A stretch of DNA of 64,000 nt from positions 2,560,001-2,624,000 of the forward strand of contig OY762069.1 in the NCBI GenBank assembly GCA_963665095.1, written 5' to 3'. This document shows positions 39,925 through 51,842 of the stretch, piece by piece. Under the pieces are notes generated by a model, which did not search any database, was not told the DNA's origin, and was given only the letters and a program-made list of their open reading frames with translations. Every line of letters begins with the position of its first letter. Within the stretch, counting starts at the first letter, position 1. A program made the translations under genes and the position numbers. Source of the DNA: an uncultured Desulfobacter sp. Its GTDB lineage: Bacteria; Desulfobacterota; Desulfobacteria; Desulfobacterales; Desulfobacteraceae.

Positions 39925-41313
39925 CTACACTTTTGTGTCATTCACATACTGTGAAACGATATCCGGTACTTCTGAAATAGATGTGTCAAACAGATCCAGC
40001 ACATATACAGAAGGTGTCATATTGAAAAGACCTAAAGGAGTAAAGTTCTCATCTGCAACATTGATAATCCATCTCTGATTGCCATATTCAGCAATTAGGT
40101 TAACATTTGCGTATATATCGTTTCCTATTGAATTCCTCAAATATACTTCCTTATCAATATAAGTACTTGCACCAGGCCAGATAATGCTCTGCTGAATTCC
40201 TGCAAGTATTGCCATTGAATAGTTCATTGCAAGATCTGTGATATTCATTTGAAGCTCAATAGATGCTTCTTCAGTCTGATTATCATTGTTTGGATTTGCA
40301 CAGCTGATATAGACATAAGAATCCTGATAAATCAATTCATCATCAACATTCAGTGTACATGTATGGTTTTCATCAGGTCCATCACAGTCCCTTTCGCTGC
40401 CCATCTCTGTATAGTTCAAATTTGTATTTCCTATCCTGCAATTGGACTGGATATCAGTATTGAACGTAAATGTTGGAGTAGTGTCGCTTGTCTCATATGG
40501 AGGCGTTGAATCGCCGTATGGAATGTTGCATGAAGTGCACATTAAATCACTTATAATCGGTGCATTAAATGTAAGAGGATAAGCTAACGCATCGCCTTCA
40601 TTATATAAATAATCAATCTCTGATTCAGACAAAGGTCTACTCCAAATGCCTACTTCATCTATTGAGCCATTGAAAGTATCATCAATAGTAGGAGTCGTTC
40701 CCAAATCTCTACAGCCAATATAAGCATTCTGGTTATCTTCCCAAGCCGTATTATTGATGGCAAAGCTACACGCTGTACTATTTTCTTGTACCCCATTAAT
40801 ATAGATGGAAGAATGAGTTATATTGTACACTCCAGAGATGAAAACCCATTCATTTTGTGGTATCTCATTTGATTGGGCCATGCACTGTCCATTTGCTGGA
40901 ATTCCATCAGCTAAAACTTCAAATCTAGAAAAATTTTCATCATGTACAAATAATCTTAAAAATTTATCATCATTTCCATCATATTTTGTTATAATATATT
41001 GATTATCCCCATCATATGAGTATTTAACCCATGAACTGAATGAGCAACCATTTATGCATAGATTAGAAAAATCTGATCCTGTGCCAATTACTACATTATC
41101 ATCACTATCATTAAAGTAGAATGCATTTTCAATCTTTCCATTAACTCCTCTAGTCGCACCATTATTTGTTCCATCATAATTTCCTGTCTCATCAATCACT
41201 TCTCCACTTGTCGCATTAAGCATGTAATATGCAACCAACTCATTTTGTAAATTTGCATGGACAAAACTACTGAGCACGATAAGTATAAATCCCAGAATTA
41301 ATATCTTCTTCAT
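39925..41313 (-). CDS. Secreted LamG/ConA-like domain protein
   Basis: Signal peptide, LVAYY, GKIENAFYF, WVFISGVY, IYING, FNGSIDEVGIWSRPLS. Confidence 0.8.
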   Translation of the reverse strand: MKKILILGFILIVLSSFVHANLQNELVAYYMLNATSGEVIDETGNYDGTNNGATRGVNGKIENAFYFNDSDDNVVIGTGSDFSNLCINGCSFSSWVKYSYDGDNQYIITKYDGNDDKFLRLFVHDENFSRFEVLADGIPANGQCMAQSNEIPQNEWVFISGVYNITHSSIYINGVQENSTACSFAINNTAWEDNQNAYIGCRDLGTTPTIDDTFNGSIDEVGIWSRPLSESEIDYLYNEGDALAYPLTFNAPIISDLMCTSCNIPYGDSTPPYETSDTTPTFTFNTDIQSNCRIGNTNLNYTEMGSERDCDGPDENHTCTLNVDDELIYQDSYVYISCANPNNDNQTEEASIELQMNITDLAMNYSMAILAGIQQSIIWPGASTYIDKEVYLRNSIGNDIYANVNLIAEYGNQRWIINVADENFTPLGLFNMTPSVYVLDLFDTSISEVPDIVSQYVNDTKV

Positions 41314-41861
41314 TCTAGCACCTCCACTTTGACCTTATCCACAAAGAATGAATCATCACTCTCCATAAACTCGTGCTTAGAATTCTTCTCGTACTTCTTG
41401 ACATCTTTTCCATCGATCTCGAACTTCATGCAGCTTTCTCCTGACTGACAGATACCGTCGCCATTGCCGTCATAGATACTGTCGCAGATTACAATTACAA
41501 CTTCATCGTATTCATTGGCAGTACATTGATATCCTGCATATTCCAATTCTACTTGTTTATCGATTATTGCTTTATTTTTATCAATCTTTTCAAACCTGCT
41601 CTCTTTTTCTATCATCGGCTCATCAGGGATACTTTCTACGATATTGGATACTTCAAGAGGGATGGTTTCAGTTACAATATTATCTGTTTCTTCAGATGGA
41701 GCTATCGCTAGATTGCTAACTTCAGCTGAATTATCAATATAATCATCTAAGAATTCAGACAAATCTGTCTCATTGGTGCTATCTGTAACATTTGAGCTAG
41801 CTATTGCAAATATCGACAAAATTATCGTCAATAAAACAGCTAACGCTAATTTATATTTCAT
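41310..41861 (-). CDS. Secreted acidic hypothetical protein
   Basis: Signal peptide; CDSIYDGNGDGICQSGESC motif; first gene of the Rhs operon. Confidence 0.7.
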   Translation of the reverse strand: MKYKLALAVLLTIILSIFAIASSNVTDSTNETDLSEFLDDYIDNSAEVSNLAIAPSEETDNIVTETIPLEVSNIVESIPDEPMIEKESRFEKIDKNKAIIDKQVELEYAGYQCTANEYDEVVIVICDSIYDGNGDGICQSGESCMKFEIDGKDVKKYEKNSKHEFMESDDSFFVDKVKVEVLE

Positions 41862-41906
41862 ATCTATCCCCCCGGATTATGTATATTACACTATAAGACT
41901 AAGTAA

Positions 41907-41920
41907 TATTTATATTTTTC
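41907..41920 (-). promoter_or_regulatory. Archaeal-type BRE/TATA motif upstream of the Rhs operon
   Basis: GAAAAA-TATAAATA on the minus strand. Confidence 0.4.
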
Positions 41921-42169
41921 TATTATTTATTCGAAATGGGATAATATCATATAATCTTGAATTGATTGGAAACAACGCCGAGACAGATCTTTGTTTCTGG
42001 CGGTTCGGCAACTGCGGAGATTTGAGTGGTAAGAAATGATATCCCTCTATAATTCTTGTTTATTCATTATTTATTGACATTGTGCCACTTGTAAGGGATA
42101 AAATTTGCTAACCTTTATAAATGCAGGTCTGATTTCCTAATAACCATAAAAGGGGGACTGGGAAGCCGA

Positions 42170-44269
42170 ATGAAATTAAGCAAGATCAATATCAAAAACT
42201 TTCGCCGTTTGGAAGATGTCGAAATCGACCTCGAAGATGAAGAAACCGTTTTTGTTGGTCCCAACAACAGCGGCAAGACTTCAGCAACTGCGGTCTTCAG
42301 GTATTTTATAAAAGGGAATGAGTTCCGAATTCATGATTTTTCGGTATCAAGGGTTAGGGAAATCGATCAATTTGGAAACCAAGAGGAAAAGGAAGGCTTA
42401 AACCTGCCTTCAATTGATTTGGATCTATGGTTCAAAATCGATCCGGACATTGAATTCGGTCGGGTATTCTCTCTTTTGCCCGATAGTTTAACTGATCTCG
42501 AAGAAGTAGGCATTAGGATAAGTTTTGCTGCAAAGCAAGATGACATTGACGGCCTTATCTCCAAATATGAAGAGGTCAGATCCAGCAAGCCTGATGATGC
42601 CAGCCGTGAAGCATTCACACTGTCACGATTTTTAGGACTCAACGGAAACTTGAAAAAATATTTTCGCCTCCATTATTTCGTGCTGAAAAGAACTGATAAC
42701 GATCCTACATTTTCAGCTCTTGAACCATCTGAAGCAGAACGTGTGTTAGCATCCCTTCTCCGAATAGATTTTGTAGATGCACAAAGGAATATAGATGACC
42801 AGGAAGCCAGCCGTAATAATCGACTTTCGACTGCTTTTGCATCCTTTTACAGACACAATCTTGAGGAGCCAGCTATCAATGAAGCCGCAAACCGGCTCAT
42901 TGATGATAATAATCAGAGTCTGACAGCACATTACGAAACGACTTTTAAAGAACTAATCGGGGTTATCTCCAAACTAGGCGTCCCTTCTGTCAATGATCGT
43001 GCTTTGAAGATTGTATCTACCCTAAATCCAGAAGTTGCACTTAAAGGCAACACCGAACTCCTGTATGTCGATCCATCGCTTAATCATGAACTCCCGGAGG
43101 CATATAATGGCCTTGGGTTCAAGAATCTTATCTATATCGCCATCCAGGTCACTCATTACCATTTACAATGGCTTAAAACAAAGGTAAACAGACCTATATG
43201 CCATTTAATATTTATTGAAGAGCCTGAAGTCCATCTTCATGCACAGGTCCAGCAGACATTTATCACCAATATATGGAATATCCTCAAAGAGGGCGCCAGA
43301 GATGCCGGAGAAGAAGATCTAATACCGCAACTTTGTGTAACGACGCACTCTTCCCATATTCTGGATGCTGTCGAATTCCAGAAAGTAAGATACTTCAAGC
43401 GCTGTCAGATGCAGGGTGATCCACTTTGTGAGACAAAGACCCTTCACGCCTCAACTGTAAAAAACCTTCAGGATTTTCGGCCTGAAAACACGTCAGCTTC
43501 AAGTGAAAAAGATAATAGGGACGAAACTCTGAAATTCCTAAAACAGTATCTGAAACTCACTCATTGTGACCTATTTTTTGCAGATGCTGCTGTCCTTGTT
43601 GAGGGTATTGCTGAAAAGCTCTTACTCCCAAAAATGATTGAAAAAGAAGCAGATAAACTTAAGCTATGTTACCTGACTGTTCTTGAAGTTGGTGGAGCCT
43701 ACGCTCACCGTTTTGCTGAGCTTTTCAAGTTCATCGGGATACCTTATCTAATCATAACAGATGTCGACTCTGTCAATCCCGCTGATGCCAGAAAGTCTTG
43801 CAGGGCAGACACACCAAGTGCTAAGACTTCAAACGCATGCCTTAAATTCTTTTATGATAAAGATATTACCATTGAACAGCTGTGCGCCAAAGAAGAAGTT
43901 GAACAGATCCTCGAAGAAGATTGTTGTTATTTGACATTTCAAAAGCCCGTATTTGTTGATGGATATCAAGAAGATGTAAAAATGCATGGCAGAACATTTG
44001 AAGAAGCTTTCATTTACGAGAATCTGGAATTGTTCAAATCTGGGAAGTTTTCGATTCCTTTAGCGCTTGAGGGTAATTATGATTTGGATCATAAACAGAT
44101 CTACGAATTAGTAAAATCAGACAATTTCAAAAAGGCTGAATTTGCTCTCGATATTGCTTTCTCAGAAGAGGACTGGAAAGTGCCTCATTACATAAAGACC
44201 GGGTTGAATTGGCTTCAATCCAAGCTGAAAAACCAGCTTGAAACAAGCATGGAGGCACCAATACAATGA
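42170..44269 (+). CDS. gajA: OLD-family ATP-dependent nuclease (ABC ATPase + TOPRIM), GajA-like
   Basis: IKNFR, GPNNSGKTS, NGLG, IEEPEVHLH, TTHS, LVEGIAE, ITDVD. Confidence 0.8.
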   Translation: MKLSKINIKNFRRLEDVEIDLEDEETVFVGPNNSGKTSATAVFRYFIKGNEFRIHDFSVSRVREIDQFGNQEEKEGLNLPSIDLDLWFKIDPDIEFGRVFSLLPDSLTDLEEVGIRISFAAKQDDIDGLISKYEEVRSSKPDDASREAFTLSRFLGLNGNLKKYFRLHYFVLKRTDNDPTFSALEPSEAERVLASLLRIDFVDAQRNIDDQEASRNNRLSTAFASFYRHNLEEPAINEAANRLIDDNNQSLTAHYETTFKELIGVISKLGVPSVNDRALKIVSTLNPEVALKGNTELLYVDPSLNHELPEAYNGLGFKNLIYIAIQVTHYHLQWLKTKVNRPICHLIFIEEPEVHLHAQVQQTFITNIWNILKEGARDAGEEDLIPQLCVTTHSSHILDAVEFQKVRYFKRCQMQGDPLCETKTLHASTVKNLQDFRPENTSASSEKDNRDETLKFLKQYLKLTHCDLFFADAAVLVEGIAEKLLLPKMIEKEADKLKLCYLTVLEVGGAYAHRFAELFKFIGIPYLIITDVDSVNPADARKSCRADTPSAKTSNACLKFFYDKDITIEQLCAKEEVEQILEEDCCYLTFQKPVFVDGYQEDVKMHGRTFEEAFIYENLELFKSGKFSIPLALEGNYDLDHKQIYELVKSDNFKKAEFALDIAFSEEDWKVPHYIKTGLNWLQSKLKNQLETSMEAPIQ

Positions 44270-46110
44270 AACCCAAACTAATCCCAACCAAGGCAGATAA
44301 TGAAATAAAGGAATGCATTGACGAAAACCGATGTTTCTCGGTTATTTCTGGCGCAGGCTCAGGCAAAACCCAATCCTTACTCACAGCTCTTTCTTACATC
44401 CGGGAGTCCAAGGGCGGCACATTGCGAAAAACCGGCCAAAAAATTCTTTGCATCACATACACAAACCGTGCAGTTGACGTCATATTCAGTCGACTAAATT
44501 TCGATGATATATTTAATGTGTCAACGCTTCATAAATTCTTGTGGTCTGCCATAAAAAGGTTTACCACTGATATAAGAAATACTCTTATTGACTTTCATAT
44601 CCCTGCTCAAATCGAAAAAAAACGAGTAGATGATAACGGTGGGAATAGTAAGAAGGCTATCCGTGCAAGAGAAAAGATTGCTTCTTTGGAAGAGGATATT
44701 ATATCACTTCAAGATGTGGACACTTTTTCTTATAGTGAAAATTCCACATTCAGCAATTATAGCGAAGGCCAACTTAATCATGATGATATCATTGCCATAG
44801 CTGGATATCTTATCACCAATAGTTTGATCCTTCAAAAAATTCTATCCCAACAATATCCATATGTTTTTGTTGATGAAGCCCAGGATACTTTTCCTGAAAT
44901 TGTAACCGCACTGAATACTCTCTGTTCAGGTAGCGGATTTCCCGTTATTGGCTATTTTGGTGATCCTGTTCAACAGATCTATGATAAACGTGCCGGAGAT
45001 TTCTCAGGCCCAGACGGTTTCAAATTAATCAAAAAAGAAGAGAATTTTAGATGTTCTAAAGCTGTTGTGAATCTTCTGAATGCATTTAGAAAGGATATTC
45101 AACAGGTGTCGGCAGGTAATGCTTCAAAACTTGAGGGAAGCGTAGAGATTAGACTTGTTGCTGCTGAAGCGCCTGAAGGTCCAAGAAAGCGATATACAGA
45201 TGATCAAATTCAAAGAGCTTCAACTAAATTTAATGATATCTTGAAAATCTGGGGTCTGCATGAGGACGAAGAAACCAAGTATTTGTTTTTAGTTAGGCAG
45301 ATGATTGCAAAACGCCTTGGATTTGAAAGTCTGCAAAAATTATTTACTGGTCCATTTGCTTCAGCTCGTGCTCAAGAGGAATACGAGTCCGGAGAACACT
45401 TTTTGCTGAAACCCTTTATTAAGGTGTTATCTCCTTTGCTGATTGCACACAGGACAAACAGTCAGAAAGAACTACTTGATATCCTTCGTAAATATTGTCC
45501 GACGTTTAACCCCAAGGGAAAGAATGCCAGAAGATCTTTGAGGCAAATGAGGGATCTGGCTAAAAAACTTGTTGAGGAGTTATCAAGAAAATGGAAGAGC
45601 CAATCTATAAAGGAAATCTTGCTATTTTGTCAGGCTAATGAAGTTATCGAGATTTCCGAGCGGCTTTCAGGTCACCTTAAACGATCTCCTCGAACTGAAA
45701 ATTATGACGATGACCTTCATGCAATAGAAAAGGAAGACTGGTTAGTTGATGAATTCTTTAATATGCGTGCGGATGATATCGAACCATATGCTGCTTTTAT
45801 ACATGATAACACTCCTTATAGCACTCAACACGGTGTGAAAGGAGAAGAGTATAAAAACATAGTTGTGGTTTATGATGATATTGAGGCTGCATGGAATCAA
45901 TATAGCTTCATTAAGATGCTTGTACCAGAGATCGCTGGAAATCCGACAGAAGGCCAACTCGACAGGACAACAAGACTTGCTTATGTTTCCTTTTCAAGAG
46001 CTGCTGAAAACCTTCGCATTCTTTTGTTTACACCTGACCCTGAAGGGACAAAGAGTGTTTTGATCAAGAAATCGCTATTTCAGGAAGATCAAATTGTTAT
46101 TGGGCCATGA
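44266..46110 (+). CDS. gajB: UvrD-like helicase, GajB-like
   Basis: [52 protein letters not shown] overlap with the OLD nuclease. Confidence 0.8.
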   Translation: MKPKLIPTKADNEIKECIDENRCFSVISGAGSGKTQSLLTALSYIRESKGGTLRKTGQKILCITYTNRAVDVIFSRLNFDDIFNVSTLHKFLWSAIKRFTTDIRNTLIDFHIPAQIEKKRVDDNGGNSKKAIRAREKIASLEEDIISLQDVDTFSYSENSTFSNYSEGQLNHDDIIAIAGYLITNSLILQKILSQQYPYVFVDEAQDTFPEIVTALNTLCSGSGFPVIGYFGDPVQQIYDKRAGDFSGPDGFKLIKKEENFRCSKAVVNLLNAFRKDIQQVSAGNASKLEGSVEIRLVAAEAPEGPRKRYTDDQIQRASTKFNDILKIWGLHEDEETKYLFLVRQMIAKRLGFESLQKLFTGPFASARAQEEYESGEHFLLKPFIKVLSPLLIAHRTNSQKELLDILRKYCPTFNPKGKNARRSLRQMRDLAKKLVEELSRKWKSQSIKEILLFCQANEVIEISERLSGHLKRSPRTENYDDDLHAIEKEDWLVDEFFNMRADDIEPYAAFIHDNTPYSTQHGVKGEEYKNIVVVYDDIEAAWNQYSFIKMLVPEIAGNPTEGQLDRTTRLAYVSFSRAAENLRILLFTPDPEGTKSVLIKKSLFQEDQIVIGP

Positions 46111-49100
46111 CAATATCCATCAGTTTGCCGAAACTGTCCACAACGTCGTATTTCACATTTTCCGGGTTGATCTTTCGGTTGATCTCATCAAAGAATTTCC
46201 TGGCACATTCTATCTTTGTCTTTTCAATTTCTCTAAGTTCCATACTGGACATTGAACCTTTTGTTTCTGCCACAAAATATACATGCTTAACAGTGCCTTC
46301 TTTGAATGTTATTGCCCAGTCAGGATTATAGTTTCCAACTGGCGTGGGTATATGGAATCCTTTTGGCAATTTTGCATACACAACCACATCTGAGCTGGTA
46401 TCGAGTTCCTTGATAAAGGTACGTTCTGTTTTGGAATCAGTTATGACATAGTCATATATGTGACGTTTAAGAGGCTCTCCTGCCTTGCTAAAATCCTGCT
46501 TGCTTTGTCCATCAGTGAAAATATCGATATCATGGGTATCTGATACAGCATCATAGCTTAAATGCTCGATGATGACTGTTGCTTTCTGCTCTTGAATCAA
46601 TCGTGTTGCTTCAGAAATAAAGTTTTCCGGGTTGGTTTTGAATTGATCGAAAACCGGTTTTTCTATGCCTGACAAGATTTCTGTGACAGTTTTTCTTGTA
46701 AGCTGCACATTTTCAGCTATTTTGCCTATTAGGTCATATTTAACAGCGGAATGGATCGAGTGAGCGTCGTATTCAGTTGACGTTTCCTTGACTTCAAAGC
46801 TCTCACCGAATTTCATCTGGTCATAGCTTATGTTTTCTGATTGTTCTCCTCTTTGGACAGAATATCTAAGTGGGACCACCCTCAGCTCCATATTGAGTGT
46901 CTTTACACATTTACCAACCAGTTCAGCGCTGTCGAAATGAACACTGTATGCAGCTTTCCGGTTAATCCTGTTCCAAAGCTCTTTGAACTCTTTCTTCTCA
47001 AAATTAGCATTTAAAGGATTAGTCTTTGCTCCACGGTCATTTTCAATATCTGGCAGCTTGGCATCGCTGTATACGCTATCAATCAACTGGAAGATCTGTT
47101 CCTTGTACAGCTGCAAATCTTCTGGCAATTCTGCAAGATTTTGATCTTTGAGTGCATCATGGTATTTCTGGGAAATATTTTTCTTACGGTCAACATAACC
47201 GTTCTGTATCAGGTAAAACTCAATGCCTTCAGCCATATCCTTTGTCACTTCAACGGTACCCTCAGCTGTCTGCATAATCTTGCCTGTGAAATATTTTACA
47301 TCTGCCACTCTTGGCCTTTCAGAAAGTGACTCACTGATATCCTTCTGAAGTGCTGTGACAAAATCTTTATAGCTTTCACTGGCAACCACTGTCAGAACGT
47401 TTGTCTGATGAACTGTTGCCGGGTCGTCCTGCCGTTCTCCAAGCTGGTTGACCGCAATACGAAGCCCACGGCCAACTTCCTGTCTTCGTGAGATTGTATT
47501 ATCGCTATGTTTCAGTGTGCAGATGACAAATACATTGGGGTTATCCCATCCCTCCCTAAGTGCAGAATGTGAAAATATGAACCGGGTCGGCTCGCTAAAA
47601 GAAAGCAGCCGCTCCTTATCTTTCAGGATCAAGTCATAAGCATCGACATCGTCAGCCTCTGTCGATTTCTTTCCGGTGATCGGATCAATCATACGCTTGC
47701 TTTTCTTATCAATCGAAAAATAACCGTTATGGGTCTGGCTTATCGAGATACTGTCAAGATGTTTTTTGTATGCCTCATGCATGAAAAGGTCCTGCTTAAT
47801 CTCATTCAATGCATCTTTGTATTCCTCTTCAAATATTTTGGCATATTCGCCGCCTTCTTCTCCTGCATCTGTATATATCCTGTATTTTGCGACTTCATCG
47901 ATAAAAAAGAGGGTCAGGACCTTGATTCCCTGATGGTAAAGGACCTGTTCTTTCTCGAAGTGGGCTTTGATGGCCTCCCGTATCTGAATCCTCCTAAGGG
48001 TAGACTCGTTGACGTCTCCTGTCGCTTCTCCTGCCTGCAATTGATGACCGTTTGTAAATTCGATGGTATCAGTAATGGCATTGATATCCGAGATGACAAA
48101 CCCTTCTTTGTATTGGTCCAGTTCCCCGGAAATATCATAAAGATTGTCGCCTTTCTTAAGCTTACGGATGATCCGCTTGATTCCGCTGTTCTGCTTGACT
48201 TCAATCTCAATCCTTGCTACAGGTGCCTGCTTTGACACTTCAATGGATTCCAGATACAGGTATGCATTGGTTCCTGCAAGACCTTTGACAGAGATACCAC
48301 GGACAGCGATCTTCTTTACCAATTTCTGGTTATATGCATCCAAAGCATCAAGCCTGTGTACCTTATTGTACTGGGTCTTATGCGTGGCTGAATAACGCAG
48401 GATAAATAATGGATTGAACTCCTTGAGTGAGTCCAGAGTTTTTGCGCCTTCCATCTTTTGTGGTTCATCCAGGATCAGGATTGGACGGTTCGCTTTAATA
48501 ACATCTATAGGGCGTCTGCTCTGGAAATCGTCCAATTCTTCATATATTCGTCTTGCATCCTTACCCCGTGCATTGAAAGCCTGGACATTTATGACCATTA
48601 CATTGATTCCGCCATCTGAAGAAAAACTTTCAAGGTTATGAAGCTGCTTGGAATTGTAGATGAAAAACTTGATTTTTTTGGCATATGTTTCCTGAAAATG
48701 TTCAGCTGTAATTTCCAATGATTTATATACGCCTTCCCTGATTGCGATGCTTGGAACAACGACAATGAACTTTCTCCATCCAAACTGCTTGTACATTTCG
48801 AATATTGTTTTGATATAGCAATATGTTTTCCCTGTCCCGGTCTCCATCTCCACATCAAGGTTTAAAGAAGATATCTTTGTCTTGATCAGGCTTGTGGATT
48901 GCGGAAGGTTCTGAAACCGTTGCACGTTCTGGATGTTTTCAAGTATCTGCTGTTCAGTAAGGACAATATCCCTGTTCTTGAAGCCTGATAATTCGTACAA
49001 TCTTTGTTGCGTGTATCCCGTTGCTCCTGCTTTGATTATTCCTGGATCTATCCGATAACCGATACCTGCTGTATTTGGTTGGCCTTTGAAACAATCAACA

Positions 49101-49153
49101 ACCGCTTCAACAGCTCGTGTCTGGTAGGCCTGTTTTTTGAATTTAAGTTTCAC
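46097..49153 (-). CDS. res: Type III restriction endonuclease subunit
   Basis: [46 protein letters not shown]. Confidence 0.93.
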   Translation of the reverse strand: MKLKFKKQAYQTRAVEAVVDCFKGQPNTAGIGYRIDPGIIKAGATGYTQQRLYELSGFKNRDIVLTEQQILENIQNVQRFQNLPQSTSLIKTKISSLNLDVEMETGTGKTYCYIKTIFEMYKQFGWRKFIVVVPSIAIREGVYKSLEITAEHFQETYAKKIKFFIYNSKQLHNLESFSSDGGINVMVINVQAFNARGKDARRIYEELDDFQSRRPIDVIKANRPILILDEPQKMEGAKTLDSLKEFNPLFILRYSATHKTQYNKVHRLDALDAYNQKLVKKIAVRGISVKGLAGTNAYLYLESIEVSKQAPVARIEIEVKQNSGIKRIIRKLKKGDNLYDISGELDQYKEGFVISDINAITDTIEFTNGHQLQAGEATGDVNESTLRRIQIREAIKAHFEKEQVLYHQGIKVLTLFFIDEVAKYRIYTDAGEEGGEYAKIFEEEYKDALNEIKQDLFMHEAYKKHLDSISISQTHNGYFSIDKKSKRMIDPITGKKSTEADDVDAYDLILKDKERLLSFSEPTRFIFSHSALREGWDNPNVFVICTLKHSDNTISRRQEVGRGLRIAVNQLGERQDDPATVHQTNVLTVVASESYKDFVTALQKDISESLSERPRVADVKYFTGKIMQTAEGTVEVTKDMAEGIEFYLIQNGYVDRKKNISQKYHDALKDQNLAELPEDLQLYKEQIFQLIDSVYSDAKLPDIENDRGAKTNPLNANFEKKEFKELWNRINRKAAYSVHFDSAELVGKCVKTLNMELRVVPLRYSVQRGEQSENISYDQMKFGESFEVKETSTEYDAHSIHSAVKYDLIGKIAENVQLTRKTVTEILSGIEKPVFDQFKTNPENFISEATRLIQEQKATVIIEHLSYDAVSDTHDIDIFTDGQSKQDFSKAGEPLKRHIYDYVITDSKTERTFIKELDTSSDVVVYAKLPKGFHIPTPVGNYNPDWAITFKEGTVKHVYFVAETKGSMSSMELREIEKTKIECARKFFDEINRKINPENVKYDVVDSFGKLMDIVMAQ

Positions 49154-49165
49154 TTTAGGCCTCCA

Positions 49166-51046
49166 TTAAATTGTTTTAACATCTGTCTGCGGACTTTTGA
49201 GCTTGAATATCTGCTCAACATTGATTTTTGCGCTATCATTCTTGAAACCAGAGTCCCTGAAAACAACACGCAATGGTTGGCGTTCGGCTAATTTCTTGCA
49301 GAAGTCTTCAGTTATTTTTCCACCTTTCTCAAAGCAAGCTGCCAAGGCGTTTCCATCGACAAAGAACACCTCGTGGCCTTCAATAGTTTCTTTAGTGATT
49401 GGTAGTGTCAAATCCACACCCCAGTCAAGCAGGACTTGGAAAAGAAGATCTTCAGAGCTACGGTCGTCTTTGATGTTGTCTGTTAATTGGAACAATTCTT
49501 TTTGTACAACCTTATCAGGCGTATAATAGATGTCTGCCATATTGGATGAATCTATTTTAAGGACACGGAATCCTATATCAAGATTTGAAGCTGTTTCATT
49601 CTCTTCTTTGATCTTTTTACCAGCTCTACGAATACGTTCTTTGGCTATTTCAGCTATGTTTTTGTAACCAGCCCTGAATGCGCCAGTTTTTTCACCACAA
49701 ATTTCTGGAAGCTGAACTAAAATGAACTTTCGTTTGCCACTGTCTTCTGCATTTTGCTGCATAACAGCATGGGCCGTGGTAGCAGAGCCTGCAAAAAAGT
49801 CAAGGACTATGTCATTTTTATCAGTACCTATACGTAATGCTTTTTGAATGAGAGCATATGGTTTTGGGAAGTCGAACACTTTAGCACTCATTAATTTTTC
49901 TAAATTCTTACTTGCTTCATCAGTAGTCCCTGCATCTTGACGCGTCCACAAATTAACTGGAACCATTCCGCCATCCATCTCTGAAAGAAATTTTTTCAAC
50001 CTTGGATAAGTGTTGTTTCCATTCTTTCCCCAATACAACCTGTTCTCCTCAAGATGTTTTAAATAGGTTTTCTTTTCATATTTCCATGCATGCGTTGGAT
50101 GAGTAACTGATGCTCCAGTAATAGGATTTTTTAAATCATAAGAAAGATTTGGACGATTCTCTTTTGTAGCAGGATTTACATATGAAACACTTGTCCAAAC
50201 CCCTCTTGGATCATCATCTGGATTACTATATGTCGAATCTGCTTTTTCGTTCCTCGGCTCTTTTACTTCTGCCAAGGTATTTGATTTACGAAAACAAAGT
50301 AAATGCTCAGTTAAGGTTGCAAAAGTTTTAGAATTATTGCTTCTGGTAAACCTCTTTTCCCATATTATATTTGCTAAAAAGTTTTCCTCTCCAAATATTT
50401 CATCACACATCCTTTTTAGATTTGCTTGCTCACCATCATCTATACTTATAAAAACTATCCCATCATCCCTTAGGAGATTTCTCACCAGTTTTAATCTCGA
50501 ATACATCATAGAAAGCCAGTCAGAATGGAACCGGCCATTGGAATCAGGATTTGCAACAAGACGATTCTGTTCTTCATCTTTTTGATTTGATTTTCTTAGG
50601 AATTCATCTGTATTTTCTGAAAAATCATCGTCATATACGAAATCATGCCCTGTATTATAAGGCGGGTCGATATAAATCATCTTGACTTTGCCAAGATAGG
50701 TCTCCTGCAATAGCTTTAATGCATCCAGATTATCACCCTCAATAAAAAGGTTCTCTGTTGTATCAAAATCAACACTCTCTTCTCGGCAGGGACGAAGCGT
50801 CTTTGCGATAGGAGCGTTAGCTGTAAGCAAGGCCTCTCGTTTACCAGGCCAATCAAGATGGTAACGCTCTTGTGGACCTTCCACGATTGAAGTTGAAAGT
50901 TCCTGTCGTAACAGGTCAAAGTCAATGGTCTTTATCATGTTGCCTTTATCATCAGCAGATTCGGTAATGCAGCCCGGAAAAAAGGCCGCAATCTTTTCAA
51001 TATTTTCGTCAGCAAAATTTGGGCTGTGCAGTTTCATTTTTTCCAT
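49166..51046 (-). CDS. mod: Type III DNA methyltransferase subunit
   Basis: IEGDNL, IYIDPPYNTG, FDFPKP, LDFFAGSATTAHAV. Confidence 0.93.
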   Translation of the reverse strand: MEKMKLHSPNFADENIEKIAAFFPGCITESADDKGNMIKTIDFDLLRQELSTSIVEGPQERYHLDWPGKREALLTANAPIAKTLRPCREESVDFDTTENLFIEGDNLDALKLLQETYLGKVKMIYIDPPYNTGHDFVYDDDFSENTDEFLRKSNQKDEEQNRLVANPDSNGRFHSDWLSMMYSRLKLVRNLLRDDGIVFISIDDGEQANLKRMCDEIFGEENFLANIIWEKRFTRSNNSKTFATLTEHLLCFRKSNTLAEVKEPRNEKADSTYSNPDDDPRGVWTSVSYVNPATKENRPNLSYDLKNPITGASVTHPTHAWKYEKKTYLKHLEENRLYWGKNGNNTYPRLKKFLSEMDGGMVPVNLWTRQDAGTTDEASKNLEKLMSAKVFDFPKPYALIQKALRIGTDKNDIVLDFFAGSATTAHAVMQQNAEDSGKRKFILVQLPEICGEKTGAFRAGYKNIAEIAKERIRRAGKKIKEENETASNLDIGFRVLKIDSSNMADIYYTPDKVVQKELFQLTDNIKDDRSSEDLLFQVLLDWGVDLTLPITKETIEGHEVFFVDGNALAACFEKGGKITEDFCKKLAERQPLRVVFRDSGFKNDSAKINVEQIFKLKSPQTDVKTI

Positions 51047-51179
51047 GGCTCGGGCTCCTATATGGGTTTTAAATAACCCCTTTAGTACAAAATTTTATTC
51101 AATCTTTTTTATAATTTTCTATAATATTGAGATGTCGCCATAATATTGCCGATTATTCAGTGCTAATTTCGACATTAGT

Positions 51180-51842
51180 TCAGCGATTTAACTCTTTGAT
51201 TTCCTTTTTCAATAAATTCAAATTTCTGTTCAGTTCCACACGCCGGTTATACTGTTTTTCTCTATTTATCCGGCTCTCTAATTTTTCAGCTTCCCGTTCT
51301 TTAACGCATAAGAGGTCAACTCTTGATACCAAACTGTTCAAATTTTCCCCTTTCCTGAAAGGCAAAGGACTTAGGTTTGATAGAAAAGATTGATAAAGCG
51401 CTCCCATGTTGAGCACCACAGGGAGTTCAGATACTTTAGCGTTATCATTTATCCAGCCTGACTGGAAATAGCTGCTGATTACCCACTTGCTTTTATCCGC
51501 TTCACTGGGTCTTTTGTAACTGGCAGCATACCTGGTTTTCCCGCCATATTTCAATTCAAATAGGATGGGAGATGGTATCGCTTTGTCTATCGCATTTAAA
51601 ACATCTTGTGATAGTTCACCAGTTTTTAGGCTGATTGTAAAAATTTGAATTTCCTGCACACCCTCACTTGCCGGAAGATTGATTGTTGCAGGAGAAAGCT
51701 TGTATGCCCAGGTCATTTTTTCAATCTGCTGAACGAACAGATTTTTCACCTTAGTGTTTGGCGTTGCGTGTTGATATATCTTATTTTTTGCGATATTTCG
51801 TCCAAACTCCGCAGCCTTAGGAAAATTGTATAAGGTTTTCAC
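51180..51842 (-). CDS. DUF4391 domain protein
   Basis: EIQIF, IDKAIPSP, EKQYNRRVELN; usual position between the SNF2 helicase and mod. Confidence 0.8.
   Translation of the reverse strand: MKTLYNFPKAAEFGRNIAKNKIYQHATPNTKVKNLFVQQIEKMTWAYKLSPATINLPASEGVQEIQIFTISLKTGELSQDVLNAIDKAIPSPILFELKYGGKTRYAASYKRPSEADKSKWVISSYFQSGWINDNAKVSELPVVLNMGALYQSFLSNLSPLPFRKGENLNSLVSRVDLLCVKEREAEKLESRINREKQYNRRVELNRNLNLLKKEIKELNR

Noticed and set aside
41976..42030. tRNA-like att site at the Rhs/Gabija boundary (TGGCGG...)
   Set aside because: Better explained as one arm of a hairpin; no second copy found and no tRNA T-arm
42101..42112. Second copy of the XRE operator half-site (ATTTGCTAA) before gajA
   Set aside because: A single 9-mer in AT-rich DNA without an inverted partner is not distinguishable from chance
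49166..51046. Phase-variable mod gene
   Set aside because: No simple-sequence repeat tract seen in or upstream of the gene
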